NCBI RefSeq assembly: GCF_006345805.1
Contig: NC_043003.1
Coordinates: forward strand, 80,662,001 to 80,726,000
Length of the DNA: 64,000 bases
Source: Octopus sinensis
Taxonomy: Eukaryota
Direction: 5' to 3'
The number at the start of each line of letters is the position of its first letter. The stretch's first letter is position 1. The notes beneath the pieces were generated by a model that searched no databases, had not been told where the DNA came from, and worked only from the letters and a program-made list of their open reading frames with translations. Made by a program: the position numbers and the translations under genes. Of the stretch, positions 23,761-38,705 are shown piece after piece.

Positions 23761-26023
23761 ATCTAATGATTTCATGCTTAAACTGTCACAGTAACACTAG
23801 CTTTTGTTTATAGTAAATATTATGGGAAAGGTGCGGGTCAATGTATGATTAGATGATGGCTTTGAAAATTAAATTCCATTTATTTTTATGTATATATTTA
23901 TTTCTTAGTGACGTATGATTATATTCAATTATATTAATAAATTTTTACTGGAATAAAAAATAAAATAAAACATTCAATAGTACAGAATGGGGTAAATCGT
24001 CTTTGTTGTCAGTCAAACGAATAACATTTTTCGCAGATAATGATAAAGAAAATCTAATTTCCCTAAATTATTTTGATCTTTTATGACTAAATTACATTCA
24101 ACGATATAACAGATAAAAATAGTTCAGAAGTTTATCAATATAATATATTATCTCTAAATGAGTAGCCATCTAGTGGTAATTCTTGTCTCACCTGTTACAA
24201 TGATGCTTTGTAGTTAAATGGTTTATAATATTTGAAGCTTATCGTAATTATATGTGTTTGAGAAAAAGGAATATATATATATTGAAAACGAAAAGCAACA
24301 TTCTTCCTTTCTTTCTCTCCGTCTTTATCTGTCTGTCTGCCTGTCTGTCTATCTGTTTGTCTGTCTAATTGCTTCTCTCTACATCTCTTCCTCTTTCTTT
24401 CTCTTCCTCTATTCCTCTCTTCTCATCTCCATCTCTTTCTCTTTCTCTCTCTCTCTCTCTCTCACGCCCTCTGTATGTTCTTCCTTCGTTTTTTTTTTCA
24501 GTTTACACTGTTATTGTTCCTGCAAAGGATATTTATGAAAATGAATTTTCTTAATGAATGAGGGGTGGATAAATCTGTTAAATGACTTCTGTCTCATAAA
24601 AATGTTAAATAATCACAATTATATAACGTGTGGTGTAGTATCACAGTCGTTAGAAGTAAAAACAATTCATCACAATAGGATAATATACGTATTTTTAACA
24701 TTTTATTGAGTTAATTGGAGCAAATTTCGAAATATTTAATAAATATTTGGACTATACTATTAATTTTCTACTTCTGTATATAAGACTAAAGGAAGACGGA
24801 ACAACACTCTCATCCTCACAAGTATTTATCTTTTTTTTAAATTAAAATATTGGTAAAACTTTTTGAAGCGGTTCTACAACTACTACTATAATGGGGGATA
24901 TTTCTTTAAAAGAGTGATAAAAGCACCTGTTGTTGTCAAAGATAACATTCAGAAGAAATTATGTTAGTTCAGGAACTGTATTCTGTGAATTGACTGACGG
25001 CATTTTCTATTGGTTAGACGTCACTAACTTCTAACTCGTTTACTTATCTTTAAAGTATTTGCCTTACTCCCCTTTAAACTTTTAAATCACGATTTTATAT
25101 GTCAATTCTTTTCTCTTCTACCTTTTCATCGAATTTTATGGAACTATAGATATTTGCTTGTTTGATATGGCAGCCTTACAGCTTAAAATCGCTTGCGTTT
25201 GCCAACCGTAATATCGCATCTATTCACTGGAGCAGCTGTCAGTTGCAGACATGTGCTGATGAGTATTTCTTTTCACCGAGATAAATGCGGGATTGTTTGT
25301 AGAACTGAAGAAGTCAAAGTTAAATATTTGTTCTGATTTTGGTCTATGCAATTTTTAAAATTATACAACTGAATGTCAAACTCTAAAGTTGGGACGATGT
25401 GTATTCTACTTCTAATTCATTTAACTGACTATCTTTTTCTTAATCTAAAGCTATTATATATCATCCAAACAACGTTATACGAAATACATGTAGGTAATTA
25501 AAAAAGGACTATTTCGTGATTAAAAGATGAATAAAACATTTTGCAATAATGAAAATTACTGAGGGGATTTTCAAGAGAACTGGAATAGGATAAGGAAGGG
25601 AGAAAAAAAAGAGAATAAAGAATTTTATATCTTTCCGAAAAAAATATTTTTGCGTACAGAATTCTTGAAATTTTTCTTTTTCAAGATCCTTTTACAAGTA
25701 GTAGGAAGTCTACGGTTCATTCTTTTCTATAACACTTTCACGTATCTTAAAACGAAAGAAAGAAAAAAACGTTGATTTGGAGTTTGAGTGAGTTTAATCC
25801 CTTTATGTATCAATAATACAAAATTTATTCTCGTAATATTTCCCAACATATTTAGTAATATTAATGAATATATTGGATCTTAAGGAGAATTCTAAAATCT
25901 TTTATACAAAATTGCTCTAAGTTGTTCAATAATAAGGCGCTGTCTAAAAGTAGCTTACTTTTATAACCACACAATAATGATATATATATTTGTTTATATC
26001 TGTAGATGCGTAGGTGTACGGAG

Positions 26024-26186
26024 GCGTAGTCGCGGCTGCGTGTGAAGAAGCTTGCTTCCCAACCACATGGTTCGGAGTTCCGTCCCACTGCGTGGCACTT
26101 TGAACAAGTCTTTTCTACGATAGCCTTTGTACGACCAAATGCTTGTGAGTAGATTTGGTAGACGGAAATTGAAAGAACCTCGTTGT

Positions 26187-26261
<75 letters not shown>

Positions 26262-26495
26262 GTATGTATTCTGCGTATGTGAATTTGTGTTTGCGTTTGT
26301 TCCCCCACCTTCGTTTGACAACTGATGCTGCTGTGTTTACGTCCCCGTAACTTAGCGGTTCGGCATAAGAGGGCGATAGAATAAGTTGTTGACTTAAAAA
26401 AAGAAAAACAAGTACACCGGTCGATACATTCGAATAAAAATTGTTCTAGGTGGTGCCCCTGTATGGTCGCAGCCTAAATACAAGTAAAAGGTAAA
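26024..26495 (+). mobile_element. SINE family A
   Basis: Homology to 11681-12045. Confidence 0.9.
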
Positions 26496-26503
26496 GGATA
26501 ACT

Positions 26504-26545
<42 letters not shown>

Positions 26546-27231
26546 ATATACAGAGAGGGAGAGAAAGATAGAGAGTGTAGGTAGAAAGTGGGGTGCAAAC
26601 TAAAAACACCGAGACTGCTGCATTCATACAAATTGGCTGAAGTTCATATGTATAACGACTTTAGATTAATCTGGGTCTTTATAATCACTACGGACGTTGT
26701 TTGGACTAAAATAGCACAACGTTTTCCGACTAGAATGCCTCTTTAAACTTGTATATGTAATGATGTCAAATGGTTCTGATGACCTCGGCAATAGTATTTA
26801 CAGGATTATATTGATACAAAGACAAATACACATGTTCATAAATGGTGCAAATACCAAACGTAAGCGACTACATTACTAAAAGAAGAGACGTTTGTTTAAA
26901 AAAAAAAAAGAGACGTCTGTTAGCACCTGTCAAAGTTCATACGTCAACGACACGGTTTTAAAAATGCGATCAGTCATTGGAACCGCTGAAATATATATCC
27001 TATATAGCTTCTACACGACGAGTGAAAAGTCCCACAACACGTTTGAATACCTACTCCAATACATTACTTCATATTTATCGATGTATACATGTAGGCCAAG
27101 TGTAAAAGACTCATAATTTCGAAACAAAGTTAATTGTTTAACTATTAGTGGCTCTCAGCAACGTATACATTAGTTAATATATTAAAAGTTTGCTTCGCAA
27201 CTACCTGCTTTTGAGTTCAGTAATAGCTTAC

Positions 27232-27637
27232 TCTTCTACTCTTTTACTTCTTTTCAGTCATTTCACTGTGGCCATGCTGGAGCACCGCCTTTAGTCGAGC
27301 AAATCGACCCCAGGACTTATTCTTTGTAAGCCCAGTACTTATTCTATCGATCTCTTTTACCGAACCGCTAAGTTGCGGGGACGTAAACACACCAGCGATA
27401 TTGCGGTGACAAACACACACACACAAATATATACACACACCTACATATATATATATATATTATATATATATATACGATGGGCTTCTTTCAGTTTCCGTCT
27501 ACCAAATACACTCACAAAGCTTTGGTCGGCCCGAGGCTATAGTAGAAGACACTTGCCCAAGGTGCCACACAGTCGGACTGAACCCGGAACCATGTGGTTG
27601 GTAAGCAAACTACTTACCACACAGCCACTCCTACGCC
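27232..27637 (-). mobile_element. SINE family A, well conserved
   Basis: Reverse complement matches the family consensus along its length. Confidence 0.92.
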
Positions 27638-28757
27638 TGCGGCATCTTAGACAAGTGTCCGATGAGTTGTAAGTAAATTTCGTTGACGGAAGCAGTATAT
27701 GAAACTATCGTACGCATACATACAGACTCTTATGTGTACATGTGTGCGTGTGTTTGGGAATTGTGTCACCACAATTTCATAGCCCCTAGTCAAGTAGAAG
27801 TGGTTCGACAATAAGAGGCCGAAACAGTTACAACAGTATTTAGAATACAGACAGGGTTTGACTCGGTTCAGTGACCTCTTCGAGACGGTTCCCAATTACT
27901 GGTGCACTTCAGTGATGAAACAAGAAAATCAATGGAAAGTATTGCTTCCTTGGAAATAGCTAAAATACTTAAGTCCAATGTTTTGTGACTTATACGTAGT
28001 CATTGAGACATAACAGAATATCAGTAGTAAGCTCACCAACAAGATTATACATCATAGCAATAGAATGAATAGTTTTCATTAAATAATATGGTATTTTATT
28101 TTTATCAGTTATCAATATAGCATTCTTTTACTTCTATCAATTTTATTAATATTAAACATTTCAATTAAAGTTTTAATTTAAATTAAGCACAACAAAAACA
28201 AAATTTTGCACTTGATTTAGCGTCGTGATTTTCGTAAATTACTTATTTGCATCTCCTACTCATTCGGGACTCGTTTAAATCGTTAATAATTAACTGATGT
28301 CGATCAACTTAAGGCAAAATAGAAATTATTAAATTAAAATATCCAGACAAAAATGTAACAAATAGATTATAAAATAATATAAAATATATTATTATAATTC
28401 ATAGCACTACTGATAAAGATTAATTGTCTACCATGTAATTATATTCTTTTGTAGTATGTGGGGAAACCTAGTCTAATTGTTATGGTCGTTTGCCTCATGA
28501 TCATTAAGTCGTGATTTCAGTTCTTTGAACTGATGCCACGCTTTCTCATTGACTTATGACCTTCATATAAACTTGCTGTTGTCTATATAGTCGTCGTGAA
28601 CATTAGACAAGGTGCCGGGGCAAACTTCTCACTCTCCAAATACGGTGCAGGCGTGTCTGTGTGGTAAGAAGCTTACCTTGCATCCACCTGGATTCGAGTT
28701 AAGTCCCACCACGGGACGGCTTGAGTAATATCCATCTTCAAATAGGTTTATCTTTAT

Positions 28758-28990
28758 AATTTTGATGTGACTCTCCTCTGTACTGCTCTCTCTCTCTCTC
28801 TCTCTATTTTCCTCTTTCTTCCTTTCTCCAATTCTTTTTCTCCCATTCTCTCCCTTTCGTTTTTTTCCTTCTCATCCTTTCTCTTATTCTTTTTTTCTCC
28901 CCTTCACCGTTTTCTGACTGTCTCCCCTCTCACTTTAGCCTCTAGTTGTTCGCACGGCAGTCGTCCATTATTTTTTCCACATATATCTTA
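28758..28990 (+). repeat. Pyrimidine-rich interspersed repeat, copy 1
   Basis: Starts AATTTTGATGTGACTCTCCT(C/G)TGTACTG and aligns with 33578-33960. Confidence 0.7.
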
Positions 28991-29469
28991 CAGAGGAAGC
29001 CATGTATTAAATTTTAGGAAAGGGTAGAATTGATTGTATCGATAGGTGTACCTAAATTTTGCTTTATTTTGTCAACAATCGAAATATCCAAAGCAGGGAT
29101 ATTGCAGCTAGATTTGAAATGAAAAAGAAATGAAGCATCTAAACAAATACCAGAATGCTTTTCCTGTCCGACATGTTAACTGTTCTACCAATACATCAAT
29201 TTTCGTCAGTCGAATAGTAAAATAATTTATTTCAAAGAAACGGTACGTAGTGCTTTTTTCCTATTATGTATTATAATATTCAGTTCTGAACAACCTTGCT
29301 CTAATTGTTTATAATATGGTTAATCTTTTAATAAATTGTTATCCAGTTAACTGATCAAACTTTTGCGAGAATTAAAAAATTTTGCTATGGCTGATTTTTG
29401 AAGGCTTTTGTCCACGGAAATTTCACATTAGTTACAAATTCGTGTTATCCCTATACCCTCGACCATATT

Positions 29470-29725
29470 ATCGAATAATGTCATAAAATACTGGCCACAA
29501 TGCACTTTCTAGCATTGTTGTAGCTTTCGATTGATGCCGCTCCGCTGACTAGGCGTGTAGGTCCGCATTCCACTTTAACTGAATGTCAGCCATTTGAAGA
29601 ATAATCTGTTTATAGCCGAGTGGACTTGAACAGCATGAAACGAAGCGTTTTCCTCAAGAATACGACACACCATTGGTTTGGTATCTTGCAATCATTAGTG
29701 CAAAATCCTAACCACGCACCTTCAC
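29470..29725 (-). mobile_element. SINE family C, old and degenerate
   Basis: Minus strand GTGGTTAGGATTTTGCACTAATGATTGC..TTCTTGAGGAAAACGCTTCGTTTCA..GTCCACTCGGCT. Confidence 0.55.
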
Positions 29726-32700
29726 GAATTAGTATTATTAAAACTCGAAATATTGCTAAATGTCCTGAGCGTCTAGTCGGTTAACCTTTTGACCGCCATC
29801 AGAAGCCGCACACCGTTCTCATGGGAAAACCATTGTATCTAGCAATGTAGTTGTTATTTAGTAAATTGGATTTTTGTTAATGCTGAATAAATATAAGAGA
29901 ACACTTTAACCGATGGCATTTCATTCAAAGATACTTATTACATACATATTTATCGTAAAGGTCTGGTATTTGCGCCAATTGATAGAATCCTGTTATGCAC
30001 TCGGATAATGTCCACTCATTTAAGAAGGGATGATGTAATTGACTGATACCATAAATACATTACTAATATCTATGTCAAAAAACTGAGGAGAAGATAATAC
30101 AATAAGACAAATACTTCAAAAATTACCCCGCTCCATCGATTATGGAACTGATTAATCACTTAACTACTGAGTTATATGGGTCTTTGGAAAAGGATGGTGC
30201 GAAGAATACCATAACTCTCATTCTGTAAACTTAATACAATTTGGCAATACGCTTTAAGCAGTTCTTTTCATATTCTCAATCAAGTCTTTGCATTTCAGTT
30301 CATAGTAGTTTAAAATGTTTTTGTGTTTAGTCCCACAGTTTGGTCATATAACTCTAAGATCATTGAACTGAAAACTCTATTCATTTGAACTCCTTGCAAG
30401 AATATTATAAAACTTTAATAACTAAAATAAACCCTTCAGTAAATTACTGTTCAAATATCGGAATTGCAATTTCGGTTTATGAATTATTCTTCACCAGGAA
30501 GTAATGGGGTGGTAGAAATTTAGCATAACACGGTTCGCCGTTGTCTTTCTTGTGTTCATTGTGGCTAAAATAAATACGATTTACGTAGTGGGGTAGATTT
30601 AAGAGACTGTAACATTGCAGTATATTTTACTTTAGTCTATGCAGTTGTAGAAAAGACAGTTTCAGTATGATCACATTTTATAATTCACAAAAGATTTCAA
30701 TGTAAAAGTCATACAAGGCCGCCTAAGTATATTCTTTTCCTAAAGTGAGTTGTTACTCAATAAGTTATGAATGAAATAGTATTAAATATATTTATTACAT
30801 ATGTCTTTCATAGTTTCTAATGAAACAGTTAAATTATTCACTATTTTGAATATCTATTTTCCCGTCTCTATGGTTAATGCAACGTGTCTAAATTTACCAC
30901 AATGTATCTCTATGTGTGCTGCAACGAGCGAATTGATATGTTAATTTATTTGAAATGAATTGAAGACAAATACAAGGACGGTTCACTTCACCACTTCACA
31001 TTCATATGTTTAGAACTGCTTAGTTATATTTTAAACTAGTAATACTATCTCTCACCCGTATAAAATAAAATGTAAGAAATTATATACTTAGATGAGTGAA
31101 CAAAGATCTGTCTCGACCTTAATATCGAAGGGGTCTTTGCTGCTTAAAATTAGTCAAATATTATTAAAATCAATCTATTTAAATGGAAAACTATAAAGGA
31201 GAGAATATATAATTATTCTTATAGAAGTCTCGGTATACGATATATTGCAGAAGTTTCATCTGCACAGGCGAACAAGGACAATGTGGTAATTTATGATAAA
31301 AGGTTCGAGATATAGCGGTTATCACGTTTTCGTCACAAGTATTGTCCATCTCCTTTACTCTATTTCGATAAAGTCTGCAAATAAATATAAGAGATTGATA
31401 GGAATGACTAAGTATCGTTACACATTAAGTTAGCAATCAATCTATTGCAATGAATTTCAAAAAAAAATATACTGACATTGATTACCATTAACATGATGTT
31501 GAGAGAGGATTTCTGATTGACATCACATTCTATGGTAAATCTATCGAATTCAGTCGCCGTCTCGCATCTCTTTTGAACTCCATTTTGAGGGTCAATGTAA
31601 TGTAAATATTTTCCCGGAGGAAGGAAGATAAAGAAACAGTATCTAAGACACAATTTGGACTCAAAAGGATGGAAGTGTTATATATTCGCACGTACAACAC
31701 ACACACTCACACATACACACATACACAGACACGCACACACACATAGACGCACACACACACACAGACACGCCTACGCATACGCACATATATATGTATATAT
31801 ACGTATGTATACGTATTCATGTATATATATATATATTTATATGTGTGTTTGCAAGCGTGTATACAAACACACACATACATACATATGTGTGTAAGTATGT
31901 ATACATATACAGAGCGTGTATGAGAATGAGAAAGAAAGAGCTATGAACGTTGGTTTATGTGAGAAGGATAAGTAAGTGAATCATTTATAAATGAGACGAT
32001 ATGGAAATGGCAAATTAATCTGCTGCAAATCTGAAAATTGGTACTTACATTTCATTATTCAAATCAAGTTTACTTTCAAAAACTTTCTTGGACACTACTG
32101 GCATCGATCATCATTAAAAATACAACACTAAAGCTAAAATCTGGTGCTGAATTCATAATAGTTTTCGATAAATATTGGTGCAGATTTCTCACAGAATTTC
32201 TTATACTGATGTAGTTTAAAACAACTATGTTACTTACGTTCTGATTTTGACCCGCTGAAAAGAGTAGTACTATACAAAGGAAAGACGTTGAATAGGGAAG
32301 ATCTAGATGCACTAAAGAAATTAAAATAAAGAAAGGACTAGTAAGGATTCTGATGCTAGTTATACTCAGTAATGTCTGAGTACTGTACATCACCGGTTTT
32401 TTTAAATATTAAAAAAGAAAAGCACAATTCTTAACAACGCCTAAAATATTTTGAAACATAAATAATTAATATCGACAGCAACAGCAGTGTTAATAGCAAA
32501 AAAAGGTAATCACTACTTAAAAGTGGATGTTGATTTAGAACACACAACACTGCGATAGTTACCATGGGAGAACAACTCACATATGGACATGTAGTGCATC
32601 AATGTAAACTCTCTTCTTGGTATCACTAGCAAGAGACAATAACTATCATCCCAGCCGCCTAGACTACCAGGTCACTTGATTTCGGCCTTACCTGTGCTTG

Positions 32701-33577
32701 TCAATGATAGACGCATGAAAGCTCGAAATAGCAGCGATTCCACTCTCGCTATTTGCAACATCAGTGTCAATGTTGTATTTGTTATAACGTAACATGTACT
32801 TGCAAGTGGTGATAAATATTTCACATTGTATTACACTTTACAGCTGTGGATAATAATGTCGTTTGGTAGAGGTTTGTAGCGAGACATCCACTCATTCACT
32901 AACTCAAGATTTACAGTATATTCGTTAACTTTGTACAGGATTAATTAGTTTGGCAGAGGTGCAGTTTTGTATGGTTGTTTAGATGCATCAGTAATAAGTG
33001 CAAATTATGTATACACTTCCACGTGAATATATATATATATATATATCTGCGAAGTAATTTTATGTAATTCTCTCGCAGGAAGGGCTAGTTTGACGAGTCG
33101 TGTTCTGTCCTACATTCGAAACACGCTAGAGTTGAACTAGGGACAGCTGATGAAGGGGATTTTTCCTTGTGAAGTCTGTCTTGTACTCTGTTTTTCTGTT
33201 GTAAAAAAATGGTTTGTTCCATGCTTGTTTTTCCGTTTTCGTTTCTTGTTGAGTTCTACGTCTATTTGCGGTGTCCTGTACTCACGTATATATATTTATA
33301 TATGCATGTATATATACATGTAGATGTAGGTACGTACTTATATGTATGTATGTATGCATATATTTTATTTATTACACTATTGTATGACATCGCCCTCGCG
33401 TCGATTTGATTCGATTCGTTCGTTTCGTTCCGTTCTTCTTCTCCAAGTACTGTTTTATATATATATATACTTTTATACATATACACACACATATACATAT
33501 ATATATATATATATGTATATTATTTATATTGTTATATGAGTGAACGCTACACATCCATTTCCAACTAAGTTTATTTT

Positions 33578-33960
33578 AATTTTGATGTGACTCTCCTGTG
33601 TACTGTTCCCTCTCTCTCTTCTCTTTCGTTTTTCTCTTTCTTCCTTTCTTTAATTCTTTTTCTCCCATTCTCTCCCTTTCCTTTTTCCCTCTCATCCTTT
33701 CTCTAATCCTTTTTTCTACGCTTCACCATTTTCTGTCTGTCTCCCTCTCTCTCTCCTTCTTCCTCCTTTACTCTCTCGTTGCTCGCACGTGGCAGTCGTC
33801 CATCTTTTTTTCCACACGTGTTCATCTTTTTTCACTTCCGGTCTGTCTCTACTCTCCTATCTTTTCTCCTGTCAAAGAATGTTCCTCAGCGTTCGCCATC
33901 TTGGACACGTCTGGTTTAGCATCCCTCACTATTTGTTTCACTCTCCCGTTTTTGTGACCA
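33578..33960 (+). repeat. Pyrimidine-rich interspersed repeat, copy 2
   Basis: Aligns with 28758-28990, including GGCAGTCGTCCAT. Confidence 0.7.
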
Positions 33961-34224
33961 AATTTGACCCTCCGCATAATACCAAATATTACTTTGGTTT
34001 GCGGGAGCAACTGTTTTCTTGGGGGAACATGTTATCGTGAATTGTTCGAGATACGGATTAGATGGACAGCCGACGGCTAATGAGGAGTCCGTCCTTAAGT
34101 TACTTGTCTTGTTTTGCATTTCGTTCTCTCGTTGTTCGCAAAAAGAAATTTGTCTTCGTATTTCATGTAGTTTTTCGTATTTTGGATGTGATGTTTACGT
34201 TTTGTGACGCCCTGTGGTCACATA

Positions 34225-34279
<55 letters not shown>

Positions 34280-35569
34280 GTCAGTATGTACGTATATGTA
34301 TTTATGCCTATATATATGTGTGTATGTATGTATGTATGTATAAATGCATTCAAACTCAGAGAGTCATGCATTTCATGTATGTATATGCACAAACACTCAC
34401 ACACATTGACACCCCCACACACACACAACTAGCAAATTCGACTCATACGAAAACATTTTTGCAAACATATGGTAGAAGACAATTGCTCAGTTGATAAGCA
34501 CGGTGATCAATTCCACAAACACCCGTCAAATAAGGAAAAGTGGATGGCTAAGCCCACGAAACTACTTGAAACATATATTAATTAAAGAGGCAAGGCAAAT
34601 AAATGAACAAGGTGCAGCAAGAATTGTGTATCACCCTATAGCTTCCGTTGAGCTTCTATACTTTAGAAAATTATTAGCTCTCAGCTCGGAGCACAACATT
34701 CTATAGTAGAGATATAAGCCAAGGAAGCTAGTTATTAAATTCCTGTTCCTTTGCCATCAGTTTAATTTCTTATGCTCTCTACTCGAGAGACAATAGTATG
34801 AAATATCATATACATACATATATGCATACATACTTACATGCATATATGCATCACTTGTTAGGGTTATCTCGATAGATTTTCTAGATAAATTATATATGAT
34901 TTTTGTAAAGGAACAGTAGAGTTAAACCTAGCAAGCGATGTAATAGCACTACTAACCTAGTAGAAGACAGTACTGACTTATAAAAACGATTAATATAGTA
35001 CATAATAGCACATTATGGTTGCATAGCAAAATGCGGTATCCCTAGAACATATCACACACACTCACATAACCATGTGTGTGTACATGAAAATGTAAATCAT
35101 AAAATGTCAGGAAATATGGTAGATGAGTAAATTTGTTCAACCAAATTATATCTTAAGAATTACACCCGTTTTTAAGCCTTCTTCATGTGGTAATAATTTC
35201 AATGTAAAATAAAATTATGCTTACATGGTTGCATTAATATGACCGCCATACTTTATACAATGCAATTGCATATTCACAAATCTATGCAAATAAAGAAAGC
35301 TAACTCATCTGATCACTAGAACATCGTAGCTACGCCAACAATGCAACTTTCAAGTGTGGCTCAATTAATATGTTAATCTCTCTTACCTCCCACCATTTAA
35401 GCTTTATATACGTCTCATGATATAAAGTAATCGATCTGACCATTTAAATTTCAGCTGCATAGACACTCTGCATTCCGCGCCTCTGATAGCCACAGATTCT
35501 GTGACTCCATGTTTTTTGCTTCAAATATATAAAAATGTACATATAATTTTATTTTATTCGTTTATATTT

Positions 35570-35774
35570 CTTTTACTTGTTTCAGTAATTTGACTGCGGT
35601 CATGGGGGAGCACCACCTTTAGTCGAACATATAGACCCTAGGGCTTATTGTTTGTAACACTATACTTATTCGATCTAACTATATTGCCGAACCGCTAAGT
35701 TACGGGGGTCGTAAACACAGCAACAGCAGTTGTCAAGCGATGGCAGGTGGATAAATACAGACACACAATACATG

Positions 35775-35820
<46 letters not shown>

Positions 35821-35956
35821 AAGAGCTTCTTTCAGTTTCTGTTTGCCAAATCCAATCACAAGGCTTTGGTCGGCCCGAGGCTATAGTAGCAGATACATAC
35901 CCAAGATGCCACGCAGAACCATGTAGTTGGGAAGCAAGCTTCTTACCACACAGCCA
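35570..35956 (-). mobile_element. SINE family A
   Basis: Homology to 27232-27637. Confidence 0.85.
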
Positions 35957-36484
35957 AGATTCCTGAGGCGAAATCGTGTGTTGAAGCAGTTATTGTTAAA
36001 TTTCGGGATAGTCATTATATTCTTGCCAAATATACACACACAGCATATTCGTTTATTATTGTTTTTTTTATGTCCATTGTTTGGAAATCTTTCATCACAT
36101 ATCCTGTGATCCCTTCTGCGACTTTCTATCCAGCATGCTTGGTCTATTCGGTCTTTCTATGGTGTGACACGTCATAATCGCTAAGGAGGCCAGAGAATAT
36201 GTGAACATTGTGCTCCAGCTTGGCCAAAATTGAAAATATGCTAAGCAAAATATAAAACACGCACGCACGCACATACATACATACACACATATGCATGTGT
36301 GTATGACTATGTGTATGAAAACATGTAAATCTATTAGTCTGTTTCTATTTCTGAGCAGGCCACCGTAGTATTTGAAATTAGAGCTTAAATGGAGATAAAC
36401 GAATAATTCAATTTCGTCATATATATATACATACATATATATACATATATATATGCATACATATATATATACATGTATATATAC

Positions 36485-36565
<81 letters not shown>

Positions 36566-37046
36566 ATATATATATACATATATGTATATTTGTAGACATT
36601 AACGAAAGAAAAAAACGATAATGAAACGAAGACTAGAAACTACCAGAGCTTTAGTCAATTACTTATTTATTTAATTAAGTGTAGTAATATTTTTCATTAG
36701 AGCAGATATATATTTTTAATGCAATTAAAAGAAAAAAAGCACACGCTCATTTATTCAAAAAAATTACACTAAAGAAGAGACAAAGATTTTACACATATAA
36801 ATACACACACATACATGTATATACATATTCACATTTGCATACATACCAACTTAAATACATACATACATATATATATATATAGATATACATGTACATATAC
36901 ATATACATATGAATATATATATAAGTACATATATATATATATATAATTATATAATGTAATATTTTGAATTCGCCTTAAATGGTCCTTTTACATACTGAAT
37001 ACTTGGTGAAATTCATTAATAACTAATTAATTTTACCCTCAATTGT

Positions 37047-37086
<40 letters not shown>

Positions 37087-37485
37087 ATTGTGTGTGTGTG
37101 TGTGTGTTTGTGTATACAATAATGATAAGAATTCTTGAGAGAAGCTGGTACTTATATGATATGTACCAGGTAGGGTTGAGTTAACATCTGATCACCACAT
37201 TTAGTCGAATAAATAACCCGTAAAGTATTCAGGTTGTGCACATGAGAAGAAAAACACCGATACATGTATTTAGCAACTAGGGGTTGGTCCCAAGCTTACG
37301 GTGTGTTGATCATGTTGCTTGGTATACTTTAGGATGTCCAATGTGTCGTAAATATATCTATGGTGCATTATAAGCAAATAAATATTAAGAGACGATGAAT
37401 AAATGTCAGTTCATTAAACCCGTTTCTTACACATTTTTAATAGATGTAACGTATTCATTTATATATTAAAAATGCGTAAGAAACG

Positions 37486-37557
<72 letters not shown>

Positions 37558-37711
37558 ATATATATATATACATATATATTTATACATGTGACTCCTGTCA
37601 CAACCTGGGATATTGAAGACTGCTATAACGCATGAAAGTATATTAGTCCCCTAATATTTTATATTCAGCATTTCATCTATTCAATAAGACAATCAATACT
37701 TCATTTCATTT

Positions 37712-37769
<58 letters not shown>

Positions 37770-37934
37770 CATATATATATAATTTATACTATATATTCTA
37801 CATTCTACATTAATATTATGAAGAATATATATAAAACATAAAGAACAGAGGTGGAATTTCTTGAATTATAGATATCCCTCTATACACAATCATACAATAT
37901 ATAAATATATATATATATATATATCTATATATAT

Positions 37935-37978
<44 letters not shown>

Positions 37979-38409
37979 ATATATATTACTTTGTTATGCA
38001 TATTTGTGTGTCGGTATATATGCATACAAATGTAGCATGCTAAAATATACTCGTACATGTTTTTCTAACCTAGATATATATTGAGCAAATAGGTCTATTA
38101 GCTGATCGATTTATTAAATATAAAAATTAACCTCTGAACAGAGAGAGAGTGAGTGAGTGAGTGAGTGAGGGAGGGAGGGAGAGAGGTTTCTTGCTCTCTA
38201 AATTTCTGATATTTTTTTCAGATAATGTCAAACGCTTCTTGAGCATGCAGTTTGAATACTAATTCATGACACTTAATGCAATAGTTTTTTCATATTTTTC
38301 TAATGAAACTTCGTTATCTATGTAACTAATTTAATTGACGGGAAAACAATTGTAATGATTTATTTCCAAAATGCAAAATGCTTATTAAATTCATATATTG
38401 TACGCTGGA

Positions 38410-38456
<47 letters not shown>

Positions 38457-38589
38457 CACGGAAGTTCGTTGCACACAATCATAGCAACATCGTGTATTAT
38501 TTATACCACATACATACATATTTCAACGTGTACGTGTGGTGCTGGAAAATTGGAGACTCCGTAAAAAAATACAGGTGCATAAGTTAATT

Positions 38590-38705
38590 ATGATTTTATT
38601 TAACATATTCCCCTTTCCACTTATTGCGATGATCCTAAAGTTTCTATAGGCTCTGTAAAAGAACTCGGAAGTTTGGGTCTCCCACTAGGCCTTTCGTGAC
38701 ACCCT
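38590..38705 (-). mobile_element. Mariner 3' remnant
   Basis: Minus strand resembles the transposase C-terminus (..LVGDPNFRVLLQSL.. frame-shifted; W-x-x-Q-P-x-E-F-F-like segment). Confidence 0.4.

Noticed and set aside
23521-23900. AT-rich stretch initially resembling a mitochondrial insertion
   Set aside because: No recognisable mitochondrial protein or tRNA in manual translation with either genetic code.
25228-25256. Three E-boxes (CAGCTG, CAGTTG, CATGTG) in under 30 bp
   Set aside because: Short motifs with no promoter context or conservation data. Compatible with chance.
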